DNA from: Lama guanicoe
Lineage: Eukaryota
DNA: 64,000 bases
Assembly: GCA_013239625.1 (NCBI GenBank)
Contig: MU054323.1
Coordinates: 12,159,694 to 12,223,693 of the forward strand
Reading direction: 5' to 3'
Part shown: positions 1 through 12,985 of the stretch, piece by piece
How the letters are laid out: the number at the start of each line of letters is the position of its first letter
Position numbering within the stretch: the stretch's first letter is position 1
Position numbers and translations under genes: made by a program
Notes under the pieces: model-generated
Seen by the model: the letters and a program-made list of their open reading frames with translations, nothing else
Databases searched by the model: none
Told to the model about the DNA's origin: nothing

Positions 1-220
1 TCACTTAAGTATTTACCCAAGAAGAAAGGAAACTTATGTCCATACAAAACATGTATCTGAAAGTTCAAAGCAACATTATTCATAAAGGCCCAAAACTGGA
101 AGCAATCCAAATGTTCACCAACAGATGAATGTGCAAAAAAAAAAAAGAAGTATAATTATCCCAGGGCCCTTTACTCAGAAATAAAAGGAAAAAAAAAACA
201 TGCAATAACATGAATAAGCT
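1..220 (+). mobile_element. Old L1 3'-end fragment
   Basis: 'gtatttacccaagaagaaaggaaacttatgtccatacaaaa...aactggaagcaatccaaatgttc' resembles the L1M ORF2 C-terminus/3' end. Confidence 0.75.
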
Positions 221-302
221 TGCTCTATTTAATTAAGGAAATATTATAATCTGATTATTCTATTCTCTTTGGTAAAAGGTAAGTTATACCAATTTATTTG
301 CT

Positions 303-360
303 GATGGATGAATGAATGGATAGATGATTGATACATAGATTCATAGATACATAGATAGAT
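303..360. repeat. Decayed (GATG)/(GATA) microsatellite
   Basis: gatggatgaatgaatggatagatg...atagatagat. Confidence 0.7.
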
Positions 361-1559
361 TTTATCAACCCTTGTGCAAACCACAAAAGCAAGCTGTGAT
401 AAAGCAGCAGTGTATAAATTATAAATAGAGGGGCAGAATTTACTAAGAATACTGGTAAGTTAGAGAAATAAAAAACATACTGTCAAGCAAAATTAGGTCC
501 CTCAAAGGAGAATCGTTATAAAATCTGAGTTTTAAATTTTTTTCTTCTGAATTTAGCAGGAAATCAGTTTTCTTTTTTCAGTGCCCAAGTCCCTTACAAT
601 AATAACAACTGTCTCTTTTTTAATCAAATTAGAAATTCCTAAAAAAAGTAATCTGTTATTATTCATGTTAGTAGCTTCACCAATGAAAGTTCTAGAGTTA
701 GTTTCTGTTGTATGTATCCAAAGGTGCCTAAATAACAGTGTATTATTATATTGAAAGCAACTGTTCATGAGTTTGCCTCAAAACCACATCTTATTCACCT
801 TTCAAACCTCCAAATTTAGAATTATTTCTGGCCCATAGACATACTGTATAGACACTTCCTGGACAGAGAACTGTAGCATGGATTCAACTTTGTTCTCCCC
901 GGGTCTTCCCTGCTACTTCCTTTCTCACCAATCTTTAGAAACATTACCCGTGCCATTCATTAATTTCCATTTTTGAATACTCCAGGCTAGGAAAAACAAT
1001 TTTTTCTCTCCCTAAATTTTTATTTCAATCCATAAAATAGGACCTTTGAGGAAGAGAGCTTCTTTCCTCTCCCTTCACTCATTCTCCCTACAGAGGAGGT
1101 GCATAAAGTGGCCGACGTGGGGGATAATATATCTGATGGGCGGATTTGGAGAAGGATAAATGCATATGCAGCAGTCTCCCTTCTCTTGCTGTCAGAACAG
1201 CCCTCCCTGTGATGCAAGCAGTCTTCTCTCTTCTAAATGTTGCTTATAGAAACAAGCTCTGGCACTGTAGTTGAAAGAGGAGAAGCCCTGAGTTATTTGA
1301 GCTCCTCCATCTCAGTGTGGGTAAGCCAATTCAATTCAAGAGAAAAGTATTAGGAAGCATAATAGGGACTACAGGTCAAAGTTGTGTTCTCCAAAGTAAC
1401 TTTATCAATGAAACTGATATGGGGGGGCTGTTATTGTTGCTATTGGATTTTTATGAGAGAGGGATTTATTAAAAAGTGGGCTCCACCAATAGACAAATGA
1501 TACAAATATCAAAATTTTTAGATTCAGGGGCTCTTATTCATATAACACCAAAACTCATC

Positions 1560-1950
1560 TCATCTGCTTGGAAATTCATTCTCCAAAACTCAGCTCAAAT
1601 TTACCTCTCCTTTGAAGCTTTCCGGGAAAGAATTAACTTTTCCCTGTTCCACATGTTCATAGTACTTTCTATACATCTGTACTGTATCACTTGCCGTAAC
1701 TGTCTCAAGTTTCTGTTCATGTGATCACTTCCTCTATTAGAATGTGAAATCCTTAAGAGCAGCATAGCGTAACTATTAAGATAATAGGCTTGCAGTCAGA
1801 CATTGGCTCTTTCCCTTACTATTAATAGTTTTATTACCATAAGCATCTGAGAACCTTTCTGAGACTGATTTTCTATGTCAGTAAAATGGGTATGTTAATA
1901 CTACAATGGGCAGTAGTTTTAAAGATAGAAGTCACAGAAACCTACCTGAA
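1560..1950 (+). mobile_element. L2 3' fragment followed by MIR
   Basis: 'cagctcaaatttacctctcctttgaagctttcc...tagaatgtgaaatccttaagagcag' (L2-like), then MIR core-like 'ctgattttctatgtcagtaaaatggg'. Confidence 0.65.
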
Positions 1951-2039
1951 ACTAGATTAAGAATATATATATAATTACACATGTATATATGCATACATAT
2001 ATACAATTACACATGTACATATGCATTCATAGTGGGAAA

Positions 2040-2880
2040 CACTATGGTGGCTTCAAGGCAAGGCTGGATCTAGGGGTTCAGCATTTATCATTATTCTCCC
2101 ACTCATCATCTATTAATCCTACTGTCTTCTTCTTTGTTCTCAGAGAGAGCATTCTAGCAGCTCCAGATTTAAACAGACCTTAGTTCTTGCAATCTAAGAA
2201 GTAGATTCCTCCATGAAGAGATCATTCTCCTAAAAGAACTCTACCCCTGATTGGGTCACACTCCCGGAAGAAGCACTGTCCAAAGGTACATCATGTTCCC
2301 TTAATGAGGCTCATTATATGCCCATCCTATGGCCAGGAAGCTTTCACTGACAATCCCACAAGACCTAAAATTCACATGGGGTGTGTGTATGTGCATGCAC
2401 ATGCAGGGGTGGAAGTTAGTCACAGTACAGTGCAAAAATTGCAAATACTCAAACTATTTCAAGAAGAAAGGTCTATTATGCAGGGAATTACAAAATCATT
2501 GGAAGGGGCTGGAATAGTTAAGGTCAAGACACTGCTGCTGGGCTTCAAAATCACCTTCACAGTCATACCACTGCAATTGAGATGTAGAGGTCTAGAAACT
2601 GCTGTCAGTATCTTAAAGTGTCCCGTGGAGCTGGTGAACATACTGTGGAAAGGAGGTTCTCGCAGCTGTGAAGGCTCATTTTTGCAGAACCGTCCCACAC
2701 CCATCACCAGGACAGGTAGGGCGGCCTCTATCTCCCTTTCACATTCTAAGCATCATGGGAGTGCCTCTCACTGGCAGGACCTAAATCATGTCCAGAACAC
2801 TAACTGCAAGGGAGTGTTACTCAGGGTAGTCCCAGGACTACAAGGAGGTTATAAGAGGGAAAGATTTGGATGCTGACTAC
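2040..2880. mobile_element. Highly decayed MaLR (MLT1-like) LTR remnants
   Basis: 'gtggcttcaaggcaaggctggatctaggggttca' and 'tgattgggtcac' resemble old MLT1 LTRs; boundaries uncertain. Confidence 0.4.
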
Positions 2881-4299
2881 CAACAAACAGTACTGAACAC
2901 TGGCAACCAAAACTAACAGATCAGATAACTGGTTTTAAGTATCTATTTTAATAAACACTTTGCAGTTTTACACTTGACCAACAGACATATATGAATTATA
3001 ACCGCCAGTTTTTTTCCAGGTGGAGTTCTAACTTTTAAATGTATTTGCAGGTTGGGGAAAGAGTTCACTTTTTAGTTCCCATGATTATTGTTATATAATA
3101 GCTAAATTGTTACAAACAAAAATATCAGAACATCTGTCACCTAACAACTGTAATTCATTTCTCAAAAACCTGCTAAGTGAAAAGAAGTTAAATGAGCAAA
3201 CATTCCACTAATTTTAATGAAAAGGAAAACAATATGAATTTCAAAACAAAATACCCAATCAATTTCACAAAAAAGTGTCAAGTAATACTGAAATAATTTC
3301 ATATATATAATTTATAGCAATTTTAATGAATAAAATTTATATTTAAAATGTAATTTAAAGGAGGTTTATTGTACTCACTAAAGAAAAGAAAGAAAAACTG
3401 ATAATAGGTGGCAGTGGTGTAGGAGGGCTCCAAGGAACAAATTCTTCAGAAGGCACAGTTTTCTTTCTGCACCATTTTGTTTATGAATATTTCAACATTT
3501 GGTGGACTGTGGCTATCTTACATTCATAATGCACTTAACAATAAAAAGAAATACATAATTGGAACAAAATAAAAGCTAAATGTAAGAACATTTTTAAACA
3601 TATGGAATCATGCACATATACATCAGACTAAATAACCATGCTACTTCTTCACCCCACTTACTTAGCATATGTACATAAAGCAAAATGTTTGGGGCTTATC
3701 CAAACACATTGTGCAGTTCAATTCTGTTCTATGTGCTATTTTCTGATTAGAAACTGGTCTGTCAAGTAAACTGATGAATCTTTGCCTAAAATCATAATGT
3801 CGAAATATTACTTCTTTATGAAATTTACTTAATGTGTTTCATGGTAAAAATATACATCAAAAAATGTCCAAAAAGTGACATAATTTTTCAACTGTTGTGT
3901 CCCAAAGGTCCTTAACTGAACAGTTCTTATGTAAGGTAAGTCTACACTTGAAAAAAGCATATAATTTCAGTAAATTTACCTGCACTGAGAGGACTGTAGG
4001 CTCCCAGAAACACATTAAGAATTATATGAATTAAAGTATGCAAAGCATTTAGAACTAGGCTTGACACATAAGAGATTTATTAGTATTAAGTAACAGTCTC
4101 AAATTTTAAATGAAACACTGTTCTTAAATGTGTGATATTCCACTTCCAGTTTAAAATCAAATTAAAAACAGTATTGGTGAAACTTATTTAAGCTAGACTG
4201 ATGCTGGACCAGGACAATAGAAAACAACACTGCAGCCAACACCAATCTAGCAAATACTGAATAATAAGCAATAGCAGTTTACTAACGGGTAAAGGGCAA

Positions 4300-5056
4300 G
4301 AGTGTGTACAAAGAGATACTCTCTGTGATACAGTCATATGGGAAAGTCCAAAAGCTGAGATTGGACCAGGAATATTGAAATAAATTTCCTTACATTCTAA
4401 CCTTGTTCAAAACAGGATAATACAGAGAAAGCTGAAAATAGTGATGTACTAAAGAAAGCCAAATCTCAATTTCTGATTAGATGAACTCAACACCACACAC
4501 ACCAACAGTCAAGCAGGATGATACAGTCTCATTTTCAGACAAAAATACTATTTACCTCAGTTTCCACTGTTCTATACATAATGTCAAACATTGATTCAAA
4601 AGTATGAGACATAAAAAACCAATATACAAACAACCCATCACAAGAGAAAGAGCAATCAATGAAACAGACCCAGAGATGATTCAGATATTGAAGGAATAGG
4701 CAAGGAATTTAACAACTATAGTTGATATATTACAGTCTGTAGTAGAAAAGGTGAACAAAATGCATGAATAGGGAAAGTTCAGAAGAAAGTTGGAAATTAC
4801 AGGAAAGAGTTAAATGAATTGTGATAGCTCACAGCGAAAAAAAATGTGACAATGAATATCTGTTTGTTCATGTATAACTGAAAAATTGTGCTCTACACTG
4901 GAATTTGACACAACATTGTAAAATGACTATAACTCAATAAAAAATGTAAAAAAAAACAATAGTTACATGGAAATGCTAGAAATAAAATATATGAAAATAG
5001 AAATGAAGAATTGTTTTGATGGGCTTGTTAAGACTGGATAGTTCCAAGAAAAGAAT
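4300..5056 (+). mobile_element. Old L1M 5'/ORF1-region remnant
   Basis: 'tatttacctcagtttccactgttctatacataatgtc...gaaacagacccagagatgattcagatattgaa...gatgggcttgttaagactgga'. Confidence 0.65.
4821..4957 (+). mobile_element. Severely 5'-truncated young L1 3' tip
   Basis: Homologous to the reverse complement of the L1 3' UTR at 42760-42870; AATAAA followed by A tail. Confidence 0.8.
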
Positions 5057-7740
5057 CATGGAGGGGAGGGCTCAAGATAGCAACATAGGAAGATTATAAA
5101 CTCACTGACTCCCATGGACAAAACTAACCTACAACTACACATGGAATAATTCCCTTGGAAAGGGACCTGAAAACTGAATGAACAGAACCTCCACAACAAA
5201 ATATAAAAGGACAGAACTGAGACAGGTAGGAGAGGCAGAGGGATGGTCTCACCAAGGAAAGATCTTACCCAGCTGTGGTGATTCATAATCAAAAGGGATC
5301 ACGCAGGTATGGATATTTTCCTTGAGGACCAAGGGATTCAAGCTCCACATCAAGCACCCAAACATCTAGATCATGCATAGGAGAGACAAGCCCCCAAAAC
5401 ACCTGGCTTTGAAAACCAAGATGGAATACACCTAGGAAAATTAGAAAACTTTTAGGAAATGGTAAAATATCACTCTTAAAGGGCTCATATGCAAACTCAC
5501 TCAACCCCAAAACCAGCACAAAAATAACAGATTAAAAAGCACATGGTAGGAGGGTATACCTCAGTGGTAAAATGCATGCTTAGCACACATGAAGTCCTGG
5601 GTACAATCCCCAGTATCACCATTATAAACAAAATAAATAAATAAACCTAATTACTTCCCTGGTCTCCCCCGCCAAAATTTTTTTAAGTACATGGACTATA
5701 GATGAAGAACACCCACTTACTAATCCTGAAGCATCAGCTGGAGAGGTAGAAACCAGCTGAAATGATCCTTCCACCACTAAGACACTGGTGGAAACCATTT
5801 TTGCTATCTCAGGCTACCTTGCTAACCATAGAACAGTCATGTGCCATTTTGAATTTCTCCCTGAAATGTGTTGGTACAAGTGCATGCACCTTGGTGAGAG
5901 CCCTGCCCACTTCTGTGCCTTGGCTGGATGTTACAGTATTTCAATTGACAGGCTCACCAGCACACACAGCAGTCATGGGAAGTCAGTCTGGGGGCCAGCC
6001 CCACCCACCAACATAATGCAGCAGCCAAAACAGAACTCTGCAGCTGGTCCAGGGGAGAGCTCCACCCACCAGTATACCACAGCAGCTGTGACTAGATTCC
6101 CATAGCCATCTTGGGTTGGGATCAGCCCCACCCACCAATGCACCACACCAGCAGCCCCAATACAACAGTACATGTAGGGTATACTCCTTGAGCACCTGGC
6201 TCTGGATTGCACCTCTGAGTCCCACAATACATCTCTTAAATAAGAACACTCCTTTAAGACTAAGAGAGAAATTAATATACCTAATATATAGAAACAAACA
6301 CAAAGAATAGGGGAAAGTGAGAATACAGAGACATATGTTCCAATAAAAAGAATAAGCCAAAACCTCAGAAAAAGATCTGAATGAAATGGAAATAAACAAT
6401 CTATGTGATAAAAAGTTCAAAGTAACAATCATAAAAATATTTACTGCACTCAAAAGAAAAACTGATGAGCACAGTGAAAATTTCAATAAAGAAATAGAGA
6501 ACACTAAACAGAAGTTACAACTGAACTGAAATACACTAGAAGGGCTCAACAGCAGATGAGATGAGGTAGATAAATGAATCAATGATCTGGAAAACAAAAC
6601 AAGACAAAAAAGGAACTCATCCAGACTGAGTAGCAAAATAAACAAAGAATTTTAAAAGTGAAGATACTTTAAGGGACTTTTTGGAACAACATCAAATGGA
6701 ATAACAGTCACATTACAGGAGTTCCAAAAGGAGATGACAGAGAAAAAGTACCAGAAAAATTATTTAGAGAAGTAGTGGTTGAAAATTTCCCTAATCTAGG
6801 GAAAGAAACAAACATCCAGGTCCAGGAAGCCCAGAGAGTTCAGAAAGAGGTGAACCCAAAAAGACTCTCGCCAAGACACACTATATTTAAAATGGTAAAA
6901 GTTAAGGATAAAGAGGTAATTCTAAAAGCAGTAAGAGAAAAACAATTGGTTACATACAAGAGAAACCTCACAAGGTTATTAGAAGATTTTTTTGAGGGAA
7001 AAATTATAGGACAGAAGGGAGTGGCATGACATAACTCAAAGTGCTGAAAGGAAAAAACTTTCAACCGAGAATTCTCTACCCAGCAAGGTTATCATTCAGA
7101 AATGAAGGAAAGATCAAGAGTTCACCAGGTAAGTAAAAGCTAAAGGAGTTCACCACCACTAAACCAGCCCTACAAGGACTGTTAAAGAAACTTCTTTAAG
7201 TTGAAAAGAAATGGCACTAATTAATAATAAGGAAACACACAAAACTAAACATTTTACTGGAAAAAGTAAATATGTAATAAAGATAATCAATCACTTATAA
7301 AACAAAAATAAAGATAAAAGACAAAAGTAGTACAAATAACTAAAATTACAATAATTAGCTAGAGGATGCATAAAATAAAGATACAAAATATGCCATCAAA
7401 AGCATAAAATGTGGGGGTTGTATAGAAAAAGCTTTGGAATATGTTCAAATATAAGTTTCTGCCAACTTAAAACAGACTGCTACTTACATAGGATGTCATA
7501 AGTGAATCTCATGGTAACCACAAGGAAAAGCTTACAGTAAATACATAAAAGAAAGTGAGAAGAATCTGAACATAACACTAAAGAAAACCACCATAACACA
7601 AGGGAAGAGAAAAAGAGAAGAAAGGAACAGATAAGAACTATAAAAACAGCCAGAAAACAGTGAAACAATGGCAGTAAGCACATGCCTATCAATAAATACT
7701 ATAAATGTAAATAACTAAATTCACCACTCAGAAGATATAA
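5057..7740 (+). mobile_element. L1 5' half: 5'UTR, disrupted ORF1, inter-ORF, first codons of ORF2
   Basis: ORF1 peptide ENFPNLGKETNIQVQEAQRV...PRHTIFKMVKVKDKEVILKAVREKQLVTYK (6775-7029); ORF2 start-like 'atggcagtaagcacatgcctatcaataaatactataaatgtaaat' at ~7668. Confidence 0.9.
5545..5684 (+). mobile_element. tRNA-derived SINE, Vic-1-like (camelid)
   Basis: A/B-box-like head 'gggtatacctcagtggtaaaatgcatgcttagc...gtcctgggtacaatcccc'; TSD aagcacatgg (5537-5546)/aagtacatgg (5685-5694); homologous to 40218-40363. Confidence 0.85.
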
Positions 7741-7744
7741 AATC

Positions 7745-8030
7745 AGGAGGCAGAGTAGGAAGACCCTGAGTTCACCTTCTCCCACAGGTACACCAAAATG
7801 AGAACTATTTACAAAACAACTATCAATGAGAACAACCTGAAGACTAGCAGAAAAGATCTCCTACAACTAAAGATATAGAGTGAATAACAACAGGTAGGAG
7901 GAGTGGAGAAACAGTACTGTCAAGATCTGTACTCCCAGGCAACCCACAAACGGGAGGATAATCACAACTGCAGAGGTTCTCCCCAAGAAGTGGGGGACTT
8001 TAATTCCACATCAGTCTCCAGAGCCTAGTG
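7745..8030 (+). mobile_element. Second L1 5'UTR start fragment
   Basis: Colinear similarity to 5075-5250 (taggaaga, ctcac/ttcac, ctccca, acctgaa, acaggtagga). Confidence 0.7.
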
Positions 8031-10090
8031 GCATAATAAACATATCAAAATGTGTAGATGCAGTAAAACATTATTTAGAGGAAATTGTGTAGTATTAAAA
8101 TGCTTATCTTAGACAATAGAAGATTTTATAATAATTTAAATTTCCATCTGTAAGAAATTAGAGAATGAAGAGCAAATTAAACAGCCCCAAAATACAGAAG
8201 GAAAAAATAATAAAAAATAAGAGTGAAAGAAATAAATTGAAAACACAAAAGCAATACAGAAAAATCAATGGAAGTAAACCTTGATTCTCTAATAAGATTT
8301 TTTTAATATTATAAACTTCTAGCTCAAATGATTGAGAGACTGAGAGAGAGAGGGAAAGAGGACACAAATTCCCAGTATCAGGAATGAAAGAGGCAACACA
8401 CAGATTCTACATATATTAAAAAGATAGTAAGAGAGTATTTTGAATGACTATATGCTCATAAATTCAACAACTTAGATAAAATGAGTGAGTTCCTTGAAAG
8501 GCATAAACTACCAAAGCTCAGTTTAAAAAACTGATAACCTAAATAATTCCTTTCTCTATTAAAGAAATCTAATTTGCAATAAAAAATATTCTCACAAAGA
8601 AACCTCCAGGCCCTGATGGCTTTATTGGCCAAACATTTAAGGAAGAAACAATACCAGTTATATGCAAACTCTTCCTGAAAATAGAAGAGGAGAGAACATG
8701 TTCAAATTAATTTTATTAAGTTAACATTTCCCTAATACCAAAACCAGAGGCAAAGACATTATAAGAAAGAAAATCAGACCAATATTCCTTGTGAACATAT
8801 ATGAATAACATACTAGCAAATTGAATATGACAATATATTTTTTATAAAGGTCATTATACATCAAGAAAAAGTAGTGTTTTTCCCAAGACAGGAGGTGGGT
8901 TCTACATTTGAAAACCAATTAATGTAATTCACAGATTAAAGTAACAGTGTAAACAGAAAAGCTATACGTTCATCTCAATGAATACAGAAAAAGCTTTGAA
9001 TAAAATTCAACACCCACTCCTGAAAAATAAAAGAATTCTTTGGAAGATTCAACATTGCTAAAATGTCTGTTCTCTCCCACTTAATCCATAGATTCAATGT
9101 ACTCACAATCAAAATTACAGGACGAATTTCAGCAATAATGTCAAGTTTATTCTAAACTTATATGGAAAAGCAAAAGAACTAAAACAGCCAAAATAATTTG
9201 GGGAAAAAGAACAAAGCTGGAAGACTTATATGAGCTGATTTCAAGACATACTAAAAAACAATAGTGATCAAGATAATGCAGTATTGGTGAAAGGTAAGAA
9301 ATACAGTTAAATATAACACAATCCAGAAATAGATCCATAAATATGGTCAGTTGAGTTAGACAAAGCTTCAAAGACAATTCAATTGAGAAAGGAAAAACTG
9401 TTCAACAAGCAGTGCTGAGAAAATTGGATATTCATATACCAAAAATATGGGCTTGGCCCATAAAGCATACCATTTATAAAAATAACCCAAAATAGAGCTA
9501 AATGTAAAACCTAAAGTTATAAAACTTACAGCAGAAAACATAGGAGATAATCTTTTTTACCTTTCTGACCAAGTACTTTTGGATCAGTACTCATACCTAG
9601 AATATATGTTATGCGGCTCAATAATGAAAAGACAAAATGAAAAAAATAAAAAGACAAACCAACTAAAATATGGGCAAAATACTTGAGCATGCACTTCACA
9701 AAAGAAGATAAACAAATAGCACATAACCACATGAAAAAGTTCTCAATATCATTAGTCATTAGATAAATTCAAATTAAAGCCATTATGAAATATCATTACA
9801 TAGCAACCAGAATGGCTGAAAATAAAAATATTGGCACCACTAAATGTTGGCCAAAATATAGACACTGTCTTACAGAGTTAAACATAAATTTGTTCTATGA
9901 TCCAGCAACTCCACTCCTTGATGTTTACCAAAAGAAATAAAAATGTAAATACACAAACATGAAGCTGTAGTTGTAACAGCCAAATGTGCTAGTTACCACG
10001 AAATACATACTAAAGTATTAAAAACAAAGGACTGTGATGTCTCCATCTTTCTCTAAAATGGTTTAAAAAATAATATTCATAAATACTATT
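8030..10090 (+). mobile_element. Old L1M ORF2/3' remnants with internal deletions
   Basis: 'ccaggccctgatggctttattgg', 'aaaattcaacaccca', 'atgatccagcaactccactcc'. Confidence 0.85.
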
Positions 10091-11149
10091 TCCACATCTA
10101 TACCTAAGGCGATTATTAATTTTTCCCAAGGTTGCTAGTAGTGCTGTATTTACTCTCAAGCAAAATATTCTTTTCTAAAGATAAAAGTGGCATGTCTACA
10201 AAGATCACAAAGTCAGAAACAGGTATAACTTTAAAGTGGCAGCTATAGCCGGCACTATACTCTAATTTTGTCATTACCCTTTTTTTCTATTAATACATAG
10301 AAGAATACCTCAAGCTGCACGTCACAAGTTTTGAAGACAAAGCTGTCTGTTAAAAAAGTTATCCTTTTGTGGGGATAGATGTAAATTTGACTCTTTCTAG
10401 GTCAATTTATGTCAGGAGCTAAAACTACAACCATAACAATCATTGTTATTCATGGATGGCAAAGAAAAATAAAAATGTATTTTTATGCTATCCTTTAAAA
10501 AGTTACAGATGTTCCTTACAAGTATCTTCCCCTAAGTGTTCTTTGGAGAATTTAACGAGCTACTCTAAAGCTCTCAACATAGTGCTTTAAAAATATAAAC
10601 TTTCAATAAACACTAGTTTTTTTAATTTTGTATTAGCACCATTCATCTAGCACCTGAGATAAAATAGATGCTGAATGAAGAAGCAAATGCACAATTCATT
10701 AAGATGTGTATGTGTGTGTGTATGAGTAACATACAGAATTCATGTGCACATAGAACATACACACATGACTACACACATACATACATATATTCCTGCATAA
10801 GAAGATCCCATCTTGCATCCATTTAAATATTACCAACTTCATTAGTCTCCTTCCACTACACCTGCTAAAATTTCTTATTAGCACTTGAAGTTTAGGTTTC
10901 AACTTTACCTCCTTCATCATTCTTATTCTAGGGAAATCTAATTAATTATAATTAGAATACTTTGTAATAATTCTTAATATCATACACATGACTTTTCACT
11001 TTATCATGGCTCATAAATCAGCTATATTGTTCCAATAATCCTGCCTGAAAACATACAATTAAAAGGCAGGTGCCAAACTCTTGCATTTATATTCAAAAGC
11101 CTCAGAATTTCATTTACATGAAAAAATCACCTTCAAGATGTGAGATTCA

Positions 11150-12985
11150 TCATTAATTAGGTAATTAGTTGTCTTTGTTAGGTAATTAATTAATCTATTC
11201 AGATTTTCTACTTCTTCATGATTCAATCTTAGTAGGTTGTAGTTTTTATAAATGTATTCATTTCTTCTAGATTATCCAATTTGTTGGCATATAATTGCTT
11301 ATAGTAGTCTCTTAATACCTTTGTATTTCTGTCATATCAGCTTTAGTATCTCCTTTTTGATTTGTAGTTGTGTTTATTTGAGTCTTTTGGGGTTTTTCCT
11401 TGGTTAGTCTAGCCAAAGTATTTTTGGTTGTTGTTTATCTTTTTTAAAAGCCAGCTCTTAATTTCTTTGATTTTTTTCTATTGTCATTCTAGACTCTATC
11501 TCATTTACTTCAGCTCTAATCTTTATTATTTTCTCCCTTCTGCTAACTTTGGGCTTACTTTGTTCTTCTTTTTCTCAGTTCTTTGAGAAATTGTGGTCAA
11601 AAAAGATGGTAGATAGTTCAATCTTCTTTAATTTGTTAAGGTTTGTTCTGTAACCCAATATATGATCTATCCTCCATAATGTTCCATGTGTGCTTAAGAA
11701 GATTAATGTTTCTGATGCTATTTGGATGGAATACTCTGTAAAAGTCTGTTAGGTCCAATTGGTCTGTAGTGTTATTCAGGTCCACTGTTTCCTTATTAAT
11801 TTTCTGCTTGATGACCTATCTCCACTGTTGAAAGTGGAGTACTGAAGCCCCTTACTATTATTATAGTTCTGTCTGTATCTCCTTTCAGGCCTGTTAAAAT
11901 TTGCTTTTTATGTTTAGATGCTCACATGTTGGGTGCATATGTATTTATAATTTTTATATCCTCTTTATGAATTGACACATTATTATATAACAATTTTCTT
12001 TGTCTCAAATTGACTTGAAGTCTACTTCATGTGATATAATTATAGCTACCTCTGTTCTCTTTGGGTTAGCATACGCTTGCAATATTTTTTTATCCCTTCA
12101 CTTTCAATGTATGTGGGTCCTTAGAGCTAAAATGAGTCTCTTGTAGGGAGCATAATGTTAGATCTTGGTTTTTTTACTCCACTCAGTCACTTTGTATCTT
12201 TTGATTATAAAATTTAGTCCACTTACTTATAAAGTAATTATTGATTGCACTAACGTGGATGGACCTAGAGACTGTCAAACTAAATGAAGTCAAAGACAAA
12301 TATCATATGATATCACTTATATGTGGAATCTAAAAAATGACACAAATGAACTTAGAACAGAAACAGACTCACAGACATAGGAAACAAGCTTACGATTACC
12401 AAAAAGGGGAAGAGAGAGGGGAGGGATAAATTAGGAGAATGGGATTAACAGATATACACCACTATATATAAAGTAGATGAACAGCAAGGATTTACTGTAC
12501 AACACAGGAAACTATATTCAATATCTTGTAATAAACTATAATAGAAAAGAATCTTCCTAAAAGAATAGATCTACACATACACATGCACACATATATAGGA
12601 ACCACTTTGCTGTACACTAGAAACTAACACATTGTAAATCAACTATAATTCAATTTTTTAAATTTAAAAAATAATTATTGATAGATAAGGACTTGCTATT
12701 GTGATTTTGTTGTTTTTTTACTTTTTGTAGTTCTTTTTTCTTCCTCTCTTGCTGTCTTTGTGATTTATTTTTGTAATGGTTTACCTTAATTTCTTTCTCT
12801 ATCTTTTGCATACCAGTGATAGGTTTTTTCCCTTGTGTTTACCATGAGGCTTACATAAATATCTTATAGATGTAATAATCTATTTTAAACTGATAACAGT
12901 TTACCTTCAAAGATACAAACATAGAAAAACTCTACACTTTTAATTCTCTTCCCTCTACATTTTATGCTATTGATGTCACACATTA
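11150..12985 (-). mobile_element. Inverted L1 segment (inter-ORF and 5' part of ORF2)
   Basis: T-rich antisense L1: 'ttctagattatccaatttgttggcatata', 'tgttgggtgcatatgtatttataat'. Confidence 0.85.
12246..12667 (+). mobile_element. Nested 5'-truncated L1 3' end
   Basis: TSD aaagtaattattgat (12231-12245)/aaaataattattgat (12668-12682); same 3'UTR family as 47758-48487. Confidence 0.9.

Noticed and set aside
2304..2876. 190-aa ORF
   Set aside because: No recognisable domain; overlaps decayed LTR-like sequence and a (TG)-rich stretch
3980..3993. 14-nt minus-strand micro-exon (cctacag|TCCTCTCAGTGCAG|gtaaat)
   Set aside because: Weak acceptor with a competing AG; expected by chance
5545..5620. tRNA gene
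   Set aside because: Degenerate tRNA-like head with SINE tail and TSDs
5983..6645. 220-aa minus-strand ORF (longest in track)
   Set aside because: Antisense of A-rich L1 5'UTR/ORF1
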